Of a stretch of 64,000 bases of DNA, positions 13,140 to 24,268 are shown piece by piece. Source of the DNA: Aplysia californica (lineage: Eukaryota); assembly GCF_000002075.1 (NCBI RefSeq), contig NW_004797711.1, forward strand, positions 358,538 through 422,537, given 5' to 3'. Positions within the stretch are counted from its first letter, which is position 1; each line of letters starts with the position of its first letter. The translations under genes and the position numbers were made by a program. The notes beneath the pieces are model-generated. The model saw nothing but the letters and a program-made list of their open reading frames with translations, was not told the origin of the DNA and ran no database searches.

Positions 13140-13710
13140 CGGTCTATTTATTACATGTACAGGCCGACCGGACAGGTTTTAGACAGTAGGCAAGCCGTAC
13201 GGCTGGACAAAATCGAGGAAACTTGGTTTATTAATAATATTACACGCCACAATCGACCTGAAGGCGGCTGCACCTCGCGAGCAAAATATGTTTGACACAC
13301 TAGGCCTAGTCTGGGTGAAACTTCACACACATGTGTGCACCATGGCACGCAAAACATAAAAATGTGCTGGAATGGAAAATCTTTTAAAAATTTTAAAAAC
13401 AAAATAAAACAACTCACTCGAGAGTGAGAGCCATTGCCGTAATTTTGATACGCTGATTCTGAATCTGGTATTAATTTTTATCTACGACGTGATTTTCCAT
13501 AATTTTGAAATTAGTTCAATTGTCTCCAGTGCAGCAAACTTCAAAGGCCGGATGTCAAATTCACAGGCAGCGGCTATGGGTTCTCTTACATCCAGCCGGC
13601 CATTCGCCGGAATGTTCGCCTACGGTTTGAGCCACATTTCTTTTTACATGTTACGATTGGCCGTACGGCCCCGAAACCTGTCTGGTCTGCCTGTACGTGT
13701 AATAGGCCCT
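13140..13710. mobile_element. MITE, PIF/Harbinger-like ends
   Basis: Imperfect TIRs: TATTACATGTACAGGCCGACCGGACAGGTTT on the left and AAACCTGTCTGGTCTGCCTGTACGTGTAATAGGCCC on the right. Confidence 0.55.
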
Positions 13711-13861
13711 TTAGCGCCAGAAACCTTGACTTTGCTTACAGGAACTTACAGTACACTTTTTCACACATACACAACTTCCAATCTATGTCGACAAAGGCCC
13801 CTTTTTGGTTCAAAATCAGCAACCAATCATGTTTTAAGTTTTAGAAGAACATTTAAAATTT

Positions 13862-16287
13862 GGGTGACCTTATTTAGGCCACATATGGCCTAAATAAGCT
13901 AAACCCCCCTCCCTTACCTTATTTGGGCCACAGGTGGCCTAAATAAGCTAAACCCCCCTCCTTTACCTTATTTAGGCCACAGGTGTGGCCTGAATAAGCT
14001 AAACCCCCCTCCCTTACCTTATTTAGGCCACATCTGTGGTCAAAATAGCCAAACCAACGTAAAGCATTGTTTTCTTTACAAGTTACGTTATTATCTCTTT
14101 AAAAACTCTTCACATTCATTTTCCTTCACAGCCGTATCGTACATGACATGTGATGTAGAATCAATTTAAGGTCCTTGGAAAGGTGACCAGAAAATAACAA
14201 AATTATTTTATGATCTTCACTTGCACTTGCAATTTTTTGGACAAATTAAAGTCTACCTAATTATATTTTCCCCCCTCATTTTTCTTCACTATAAATGACA
14301 ACTGGCATGTATTGTTTTCAGTTATTATCAAGAAAGTGGATAGGCGGACTACGGGGTCTATCTAGCCAAAAGGATAGGTGGTCCCCAGGGTCTACCTAAC
14401 AAAATGTCAGGTTTTAAGATGTGAACCCCGGAGTCAGCGTAGTGAAATAAGTAGATTTAGGTTTACCTAAGGATCGGTGGACCCCGGGGTCAACATAATG
14501 AAATAAGTAGATCTAAGTTTATTTTATAATAGGACTGGCGGAGCCCGTGGTCAAAGTAGTGAAATTATAAGTAGATATAGGTTTAATTAAGGATTGAAGA
14601 ACCACGGGGTCAATGTAGTGAAATCAGTAGATCTAGGTTTAATTAAGGATTGGTGGACCCTGGGGTCAATGTAGTGAAATAAGTACATGTAGATCTAGGT
14701 TTAATTTTAAGGATTGGTGGAACCTGGAGTCAACGTAGTGAAATAGGTAGGTTTAAGGTGAACCCCAGGGTCTACCTAACGAAACACTAGTTAGGTTTTA
14801 GAATAGGTGGATCCTGCGGTCACCGTAGTAAAACAAGTAGGTTTAATCAAGGTGTCCCGGGGGTCCACCAATCCTTAATTAAACCTTCTTAATCCTCTAT
14901 GGCCTTGGTGACTCCGGGTTCCACCAATCTTTAAAGAAACCTACTTATTTCACTGCGGTGACCCCAGGGTCCACCTGTCCTAAAACCTAGTACCAATCCT
15001 TACTTAAACCAAACCTTATTTCACTACGGTGACTCCGGGGTCCACATCCTAAAACCTAGTATTTCGCTATGCAGACCCCGGAGTCCACCTATCCTCTACA
15101 GGACTATACTATTATTATCAATTTGCAATTTTCATTGATTAGCATTTTTGTTTAAATATAATATTGAATCAGAGTGCAGGGGAGACCGAGGCGCCCGGTC
15201 GATTCGGTGGTCGGCTTTTGTAGATCTATGCATTTTTTACGGAAAGCCGTATTACCTAACCCTATTACTAGATCTATTAGTGTTGTGAAAACTTCAACCT
15301 CTACAGCTCAGGCGTCAAAAGATGCAGGTAAATAATAATAGATCTACGTCCTGAAGTTTCATAATTTATTTTTATACAGAATAACACAGTACACAGTCAG
15401 TAGTTTTTATTTCATCGAGTTATAAAAATGGCCTTCGTTTAAAAATTGCCTTGTTTTCAGAAACAAGTTTTAATAGTTCTAGTTCTACCTAATCGATTTT
15501 CATGCGAATTCAACCATTTTGATGATCTTTCTTTTCCTTTTAAAAAGATGTAGATCTAGGCCTGTCGGATGTGGCAGTGCGAATAGCACTGAGTTGTTTA
15601 GATCTAGATCTAGACCCATCAAAACACGAGGCTTCGTGGCCGATCACAAAAGTCTACAGGGCTTATCGAGGCCGATTCGCCCTGCCGCGAGCACGTTCAC
15701 TAAACTGCCTACTAGATAGAATCTACTACCAAATATTCTCCACACGATCTTTGCTACTACTACTACTAGGCCTACTAGCCTACATGTACTACTACGAGAC
15801 AGTACGAGAGAGTGTCACTCAGGCAAAGATAGTGTAACTTTGACTCAGCCACGTAGTATACACACTTTTTATACCCCAAATTTAACCCGAAAGTCCATTC
15901 GGAGGATTTGACCTTTTCACTTGACCAAAGTGTGCCAAAATGGTAGCCTAGCTTTTGCCCCTCCATGAAGGAAAAATCCGGCCCTCATTCAAACCATTGG
16001 AATTGAGCAAAATTTTGCGTTTTGTGCTTTGTTCTTTACAATATTCATTATGGTTATGATTTATAAGTTGTACACTGAGGCAAAACCATACTAAATGAGA
16101 AAGGGGCACCATTATGAAAGTGGAATGAACTCAGTTGCCTGAAAAGGGTAGTTTGAACATGTGTGGCCTAAATAAGCTAAACCCCCCTCCCTTACCTTAT
16201 TTAGGCCACAGTCCACTGTGGCCTAAATAAGCTAAACCCCCCTCCCTTACCTTATTTAGGCCATATGTGGCCTAAATAAGCACTCCC
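13862..16287. mobile_element. Non-autonomous Mutator-like (MULE) DNA transposon, 2.4 kb
   Basis: Perfect 9-bp TSD TTAAAATTT (13853-13861, 16288-16296). GGG-starting TIRs share CTTATTTAGGCCACATATGGCCTAAATAAG, and there are subterminal ~50-bp repeat arrays at both ends. No transposase ORF. Confidence 0.8.
14336..15097. mobile_element. Foldback-type element of inverted tandem arrays, nested in the MULE-like element
   Basis: ~55-bp units (GGATNGGTGGACCCCGGGGTCAANGTAGTGAAATAAGTAGATCTAGGTTT) repeat on + to ~14845 and then in reverse complement to ~15097. Confidence 0.6.
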
Positions 16288-19200
16288 TTAAAATTTATGC
16301 ATTCCCCCATGGTTGAAAATGGTGAAATGGTATGGGATTAACACCTCTATCAACAGTATTAGGTTATTTATGAGGCGGGACTTCCGAGTTTAACGTCCAT
16401 TTCTGAAAGGACCGAGCCAAAAGGGAATACTGTGTAAAAGTAAAATACCTTTCCCAAAGACACAATGTAGGACCGAGCTGAGGTTTGAACCCGCAACCTC
16501 ATGATTACGAGTCCGGTAGCCTTACCACTAGGCCACCGACGCCACCCACTATGGTTGTTATTCTTCATCTAATTGAAAATACACAAAGTAGTCTATGATG
16601 AAACAGAGGTGTTGTGTCACTTGATGCATATAAAATTGAGAGCACTACAAACTAGTTATTTTTGCATTGTTGTACTGGTATTGAAATAATAATAATACCA
16701 GAAGGGTCAACACTCCGCTCGAATGCCATTTTTGGAATGTACCGGGTAGTGTGTTTGTGTGGGGGTGGCGGAGAAGAATTTAGCACACATACTTCATCTT
16801 AAGATAATCTAAATTAACCGAACAACCGAACACTTCACAGTAGGGATGAAACCCTCAAAATGAGTAGGCCCACATTGCTGAATGGACTCCTAAGTTAAAT
16901 TATAAATTAGATCTAGATATATTATCATATCTGCCCCTAATTCTATGCACAGCAGTCTTTAAATTAAAAAAAAACAACAACCTAAAAACTCGTCCACTTT
17001 GTCCATTCCGCTGGATCGGAAAAGTCCGAAAAGTAAAGTAAAGTCCATTCCACAAGGTAGGCCTATTTATTCAGCAGAGTTCCCGGCAAAAATAAAACAT
17101 GAAGCCAAATCTCTTTCTAATCACTCACATTTATTACCCGGTACGTGTATTCTGTTTCTTTACATAAAATTCAAATGAGCAGCCACACAGAAGACCGACA
17201 AAAGCTGACATGAAGTAGGCTACTCTCTTACAAAGAATTCTTGGTACAAGAATTTCCTACAATTGTATGACTACGACACTCTTCGGTTCTATTACCATCA
17301 GACACATGGTATAAAGTGGATAATCAAAATGGCAGATAATTTTGTCTTGAGATCGCAGTAAAGAGGAAGGAAGGAAAGAAAGAAAGGAGGAGGAAGATTT
17401 GCTTTTAGTAGAGGTTTTTCGGAGCTCGCAACTGCTTAATAAGGTCATACGAGCGCCAAGGGGCGGATGTCAACAGAGAAGTCCTTACAGGGAATCAGAC
17501 TTACTCTGCTCACCTCTCTAACTTCAACAACACAAAGTCTGCTTCGACTATCAAGGCACCCCGGAAATAGCAGTGTACAAGAGCGTGACAAACATGATAC
17601 AAAAGAAGTAGAGGAAAAATGACGATAGTAAGGGTTAGGAAAGAAAAAGCAGCAATTCCCTGTTGCAGTTCAGACACAGTTATGAACATGACATTGAAGA
17701 AATCAGTCCATTTACAAATTACAATTTCTACTGTAAGAAACTTGAGATGTTAATGTCCCCGTCTTTGGGAATGGCCGGGGACATTAACATCTCGAGTTCT
17801 TATGCACAGTAGAATTGTAATTGCAAATGGGCTGATTCATCAATCAATGTCATGCTCATAACTGTGCCTGAACTGCTGAGAGAGAAGCACGTTGATACAA
17901 TAACAGTCATTGAGTGCAGGGAAAAAGCAAGACAGACAATCAGACGGACAGACAGAAACATTAGAGGGCGTAAGAAAAGAAGTAGGGCCTACTGATGGTG
18001 TCCTCAAATCACCCGCAGAAAGGAAGGAAGGAAGGAAAAAAGGAAGAAGGAAGGAATACTAAAACTAAGACTAGACAATACACCAAAATAAACATGTGTC
18101 ACAAAAAATGTACCGGCATGAAGGACTCATTTTAATGTACTTATGTTCAAAGGTCCCGTAGCAATGACAAACTTCACCACTGGTCTCACACTCACAATGA
18201 GCATTCCATAGACTTTCTGGTTGAATACAACAACAGTGAATATTCCGAGTAAAAAATGTATCATAATATTCATAAATAATCAAAATGGAAAAACACTTCA
18301 CCCTGAGGTCAAAGTAAAGGAAGGAAGGAAGGAAAACTAAGTCTATACATGGAAAGTAAACATGTGTCACAAATGATGATGTAGTTTTATCAGAGCACAG
18401 ATATTTCTCTGTCAAAGACACACTTACTTAATTGATCTCACAAGAATTTTGTCATCCTGACCGATAATGAATACAATAACAGCGAATATTCCGGGTACAT
18501 AGGCACACATGTCACATCACATACCCTCTCACTCTCTCCATCTCACCCCGCCCCCTTCACTTTCACCTTTTTGTTTTTTCTTCTCCAGACTCACTCAATC
18601 AATCCTTGCCTTTCAAAAAGTTGATCAACATCAAACTAAGCACTCATTTTACACACCAGTAATCATAATACAGACCTGCCTTTTCGAAGTTTTCGTAATA
18701 TTATGAAAATATGCCAGAAATTTGACCCCATGAAGAAAATACGAATGTACTATGATTACGAAAATCGAGCCAACTTTCTATGAATAATTAATTCTACGAC
18801 TAGAAAAGGCTGGAGAGAGAGTACCTATACCAATGACCAAGTCATTAGCCCCTCATAACTCAATGACTTGGAATCAGAAGCCTTCTCCGTGCAAATAGTC
18901 AACTGCGCATAGAAAATGTAAGTCTTGTAAGCTGTCACTCAAATTTTTATTCTTTTACTTTTATTTTTTTTTAGTGGGCCCCTATTTCGGTGAAGGAAAA
19001 TTATACTTTTACAAATTTTCAAGTCAAATTGCTCATTTTAGACCATTTCATTGCCAATTTTTAAATTTAAAGACTCAACTAGGCAGGTCTGTCATAATAA
19101 TAATAATACACCATGTAAAAACATGATAACCAATGCATAAAATGGTTTGGACAGCTGTCGTCAAGACCACCGCCAGACAGTACAGTATAGCAGCGAGAGC

Positions 19201-19844
19201 AACAACTAGAGATCAGATGGACACAAAGTTGTTTTTTTTTAGTAGAGGTTTTTCGGTGCTCGCAACTGCATAAGGTCATATGAGGGCCAAGGGGTGGATG
19301 TCAAAAGAGAAGTCCTTACAGGGAATCAGACTTACTCTGCTCACCTCTCTAGCTTCAACAGTACAAGGCCTGCTTCGACTATCAAGGCACCTCAGAAATA
19401 GTGGGTCACAAGAGTGTGACAAACATCAGCAGTTCCCTGTTGTAGATCAGGCACAGTTATGAGCGTGACATGATGAATCAGCCCATTTACAATTCTACTG
19501 TGTATGAACGAGAAATGTCCCCCACTTTGGGAATGGCCTAAAGACACTTCAGTCACAGTCAGTCACTCAGTGGCACCGCCGGGGGGGAAATGGACACAAA
19601 GGAAGAGGCAGCACCAAGAAAAGACGGATAGAGGAGAGGGGGTCAGAGAAACACTAAATAAAAATAATTCAACAGGCGATACAACAAACAATTTATGAAA
19701 AACGTTTGCTTCTCCCCTCGACACTATGAGGTCACAGAGGCCGGGATAGTAAAGTAGGTAAGTAGAAACAAGATTTGTACTAAAGTACTAATAATAGTAC
19801 TCAATAACATTTTAACAAAAATATATATATAATATAACACATAT

Positions 19845-20317
19845 CTGTGAGGTGGCGGGGTGAAATCAGGCGCTTGTCAAAATTATAATCAAAGTAAAGA
19901 AATTGGCTTCCGCAATTTTGAGAATTTTAATTAAATTTTGAGTTTTTGTGGCTCAACACCTTTTATTAATAGTATGTCCATTAAAGACCACATTTCTGTG
20001 TGGATTTTACGGAAAAACATTAATTAAATGTACAAAAAAATGTAAATTTTCAGTTTCCACGGACTCTCAAGTAAAGGTAATAAATAATATTTGGCAGCCA
20101 TTTTCTAACTAATTTTTAATTTTACCTCTGAAACCAGGTGACTTCCACCTTCTTCATTTGCAAATATCTCAACTTGTATTCAAGATAAATGGATATTTTT
20201 TTCTCCCAAAGTAAGTTAGTAAGGCAAGGCTAATGGACAAGATTTAAGATGATACCAATAACTCTACATATGCCCAAAAATTGACGAGAGCCTGAGTCCA
20301 CCGCGTCGTGACACATT
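19845..20317. mobile_element. ~470-bp MITE; a second, interrupted copy spans ~31839-35270 in opposite orientation
   Basis: Imperfect TIRs (TGTGA..GGTGAAATCAGGCGCTTGTCAAAATT / AATTGACGAGAGCCTGAGTCCACCGCGTCGTGACACA). About 330 bp of the body aligns to the reverse complement of 31839-32177. Confidence 0.65.
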
Positions 20318-21774
20318 TGCATTATATCGTCCACCAGCTGTTAAAAGCCAGAAATTTTGAAAATTAACCCCCAAAAAATTAGTTTCTTAATTAATTTGTG
20401 GTATAGATGGTGATTAGATCTACATGTGCTCAAACAAAATTTTTGTTGAAATTCAAATTTCAAATGTTGAAAGAAAAAAATATGCAGAAGTAGGGGCCTA
20501 CAATTTGTTAAAAAGAATGAAACAGTTTTTTTCTATCTACTAAAAAGCTTTGTTTTACTGTCTTAGTACAGTCTTCTTAATGCATTTTAACAGCTTGCCG
20601 ACGAAATATTGGTATTACAAATTGCGTAGTATCTTACACCCATCGTAACTTGTGATGGTGATGATGCAAAGTGCAACATTTTATAAACAGAAAAAGTGCA
20701 GCACTTCCCAAAACCATTACGGTACTGTTACAGCAACATTCTTTCATCAAGTTGGGATATTGTCCGATTTCCTATTACTTAAGATAGAAGAATCTATTCG
20801 TCATTTCTTAACAGAAAAAGTCTAATAATTTCATACACATTCTCCTTTTGCGTTCTTTGCCCATTGCCACGGATGATGGAGCTAAACTAAAAAAAAAAGG
20901 AGCTCTCCTCACACTCTCCTTTTGAGAACGGCTCATGTAATACTATGAAATTTTGATTGTCAGTGAATTGAAACTGTTTTTGCCTTTCTATAGATCTACA
21001 ATTCATAAAGTCTGGAGTAACTAAAAAGTATATAAGACGATATATCCTATTATTTAATAGACCAAAACCAGATTATATTTATAATTTGGGGAACAGAAAA
21101 CAGCTTCTTGTATCCTGATTCTGATAGGAAAATATCCTGACAAGTTTAATACAGGGTAAACTTCACATTCTGCATCTCTTACCAGTATCACAGTCTGATC
21201 TTAATACTAATACATACACTTTTAAGACAATCAGAAACATAAAAGTTGTGATAATAAAACATAAAAGTTGTGATAATAAAACATAACAGTTGTGATAATA
21301 AAACATAACAGTTGTGACAATGCACGTGTATACAAGAAGCACAGTGACTGAACCATTCACACACTCTGCCTTACCCTGGCAGTAGCACAAAGTTGGAAAC
21401 AGAACTAGCAGGTCAAAATGGCCATAACCAGCCACCAGGCAGTTCCTCAGTTGACCAACATGACGCTAAAGAATGGAAAGAAGTTTTTAAACAGGTACAT
21501 GTTTTCTACACACCTCATTGACACAATTTAGAAAATTATTTACAAAGCGGGTTTTGACCCTGGCCGCCAGGCCAACTTGGGCTAAGAAGAGGTTTCCACT
21601 GTCGATTCCACAAAGTCAATGAACTAGGCCTATTGGGGAAACGTGGTATGGCCCAGTTTTTGACAGCACTGTCACTAAGCACGAAAACCCGTTTTCATTT
21701 TAGTAAGAGTTTCACGGCACTTGGAAAACTGTAAAGTTATATAATTGCCACAGATTAGTTGTTGCTAGAGAGTC

Positions 21775-22050
21775 TTCTTCTATCCCGTGGTTGGGGCAAC
21801 CGTTGGGGCACCACTGCATCGGAAAACCAGCTCTCGCCATCTATTTTTGTCCTCTGCTTTCCTCATATTGTCACCCATCGTCTTTCCTGTCCACTCTGTA
21901 ATGTCCTCCCATCTCCTTCTCTGCCTTCCTCTCTTTCTCTTTCCTTGCAGGATTGTTTTGGCAAGTCCTGTGGATCTTGTGACATGCTCATACCATTTTA
22001 ATTTTCGTCTCTTCACTGTGGTCAGTAGATCTTCATATTGCCCCAGTGCT
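21775..22050 (-). mobile_element. RTE-type LINE 3' fragment
   Basis: LLTTVKRRKLKWYEHVTRS.GLAKTILQG...GRQRRRWEDI with a GAAGA tail. Confidence 0.8.
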
Positions 22051-23264
22051 AGAGAGTAACATACCCAAAAAAAAGGAGATTTAAGGATGGTGATAGATGC
22101 TTGACAGAAATGAAGGAGCAAACCACACTAGAGCACCCACCAACAGCCCTGAACCCCTTCACAAATTTTTCTTCTTCTTCTCGATGGCATCACACTTGAA
22201 GTCTGGTATATGTCATAAATTGGGCCGTCCTGCTCAGTACATCCGTCGGCCCGTGTATAGCTTCTCTTGTAGCGTCAGTGGGGTTGGCCACGTTTCCTGT
22301 CTCAGGGCCCTGTGTGTCTTGCAGTGCTGAAGGATGTGTTCAACAGTTTGGTCCGCCTCTCCACACTGGCATTTTGGTGATTGTGCTAGTTTAAAACATC
22401 TGTACATATGCCCCTCACGAGTGTTTATGAAGGAATGCTCAGTGACTCAGTGGCCGGGGAAACATTCAAAGACCTGCTGAGCTTAACAAGATTTTGCTCA
22501 GATCCTGCTCAGACCGAGGATAATCTTCTTCATGGGCAGGTTGCCTCTGGAAGAAGAAGACGATTTTCTAAAGACAGCGAACTGTGTCTGTTATTTGAAA
22601 TTCAAAGTCAATGACATCGTGCCAACGCCGGGGAGTGAGTCATTGCTCACTGTTGTAATATAAGGGTGTTGTCTTTTTCATTCTATGCCTACATTACAAT
22701 TTTGTCCTACATTGAAGAAGATTATGTTGGTGGTGCCATTTCCTTCGCTCTACAACCTAACTTACAATATATTGACAGTGTTTCATAACTAGATCTATGA
22801 GTCTTCAAACTTAAAAAACAACAAATATCTCAGAATGTAAAAAATGTGATATCACCTGTTTTTTCCATTGAGCCCTTCAAAAATTACCCTTAACTCACTC
22901 TTGACTAACAACGGCACTCATATGATCGTACGCAGTTGCAAGCGCCGTAAAACCTCTTTTTCAACTTAAAAAAAACACCTCTTGACTAACTGTCTTTGGT
23001 GACTCATCAGCACTCTAGTTTCATTCACCCCACCCTCCTTAAAAAGTAAAAGATAGATCACCCTTCCACTCCTCATAAAAAGTAAAGATAGGATCACCCC
23101 CCCCCCCCCCCCAGAAAAGACAAAACAAAAAACAAAAAACAACAACAAAAAACCCCAACAAAACAACCCCCCCCCCCCCCAACCACAACCTTCATCCTCA
23201 CTGAGTCCTCCACTTGATCAGAAGTCAGACACCTGAACTTCATCCCAGGTCAGGAGGTGAGAGG

Positions 23265-23636
23265 TCATCTGGTAAGGGACACAGGGAACGGCGTGAGTCC
23301 GTACAAACCATCCTCTCTGACCTCAGTCTTGTACGTGCGCAGCGTGAGGCCCGTAGCAGACTGTCCAGTAACCAGGTCAAAGCTGTAATAGTGCAGAGGG
23401 CACACGACCTTGAAGCTGCCGCCGATGTCTTCAATGTCTCCCTGCTCCAGTGGACCGCGGGCGTGCGGGCACGTGGAGTTTGTCAGGAAGAATTTGTCTG
23501 GGGCCACGTAGAAGAGCGCTAGGCCCTGGCCGCCCTGCATGTAGACTTTCCGACATACTTTCTGTTTTAATTCTTCTACGCCACCAATGAGATGCCACTG
23601 GAGATCGGAATCCAAATTCTGAGGTGACTTTGCCAT
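23265..23636 (-). CDS. RFESD: Rieske [2Fe-2S] domain-containing protein (RFESD-like soluble Rieske ferredoxin), 123 aa, intronless CDS
   Basis: The ORF MAKSPQNLDS...PVSLTR* has both Rieske ligand boxes, CPH (C-x-H, followed by GPL) and CPLH (C-x-x-H, followed by YSFDLVTG). The ATG is in good context (atcATGG). The orthology implied by the symbol is tentative. Confidence 0.85.
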   Translation of the reverse strand: MAKSPQNLDSDLQWHLIGGVEELKQKVCRKVYMQGGQGLALFYVAPDKFFLTNSTCPHARGPLEQGDIEDIGGSFKVVCPLHYYSFDLVTGQSATGLTLRTYKTEVREDGLYGLTPFPVSLTR

Positions 23637-23689
23637 GATTCCTTCCAGTAAGTCGATCGACACTTGCGCACTATTTTTATACTAACAGT

Positions 23690-24150
23690 CAGTTAAGAAA
23701 ATGTTACTTCTACTCCAAGTGAGCACTTGTGTTCACAATTCAACATCCACAGCAGTTCAACAATAATGAAAATGTTACCTCTTCGAGTAAACACCTGCGC
23801 ACAACTTCAGTTTTACAATAATTTACATCAAAAGCAGTTAAACAACTGTGAAAATGTTTTTTTCTCCCCGAGTTGACACTTGCGCAAAGTATCAACAGCA
23901 GTTTAACAATTATGGAAATGTTACTTCTGCAAGTTAACACTAGCACACAATAGTACAATAATTTACATCAACAGCAGTTTAACAATTATGGAAATGTTAC
24001 TTCTGCAAGTCAACACTAGCACACAATATCACAATAATTTACATCAACAGCAGTTTAACAATTATGGAAATGTTACTTCTGCAAGTTAACACTAGCACAC
24101 AATAGTACAATAATTTACATCAACAGCAGTTTAACAATTACGGAAATGTA
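23690..24150. repeat. 76-bp tandem repeat (3+ good copies plus degenerate ones) between the SWI5 stop and the Rieske start
   Basis: CAACAGCAGTTTAACAATTATGGAAATGTTACTTCTGCAAG... units at 23893, 23969, 24045 and 24121. Confidence 0.9.
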
Positions 24151-24268
24151 ACTTATGAGAAATATTTCACACACACACACACAAAAAAGTTTTAGAAAGA
24201 AAAGTCCATCTGAGACACTAGAGACAATCAAACTACTACATGTAACCTATTTTCAGTGCAATCTATTT

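Noticed and set aside
23637-23663. GTG start of the 132-aa Rieske ORF
   Set aside because: In a eukaryote the ATG at 23636 is the more plausible start.
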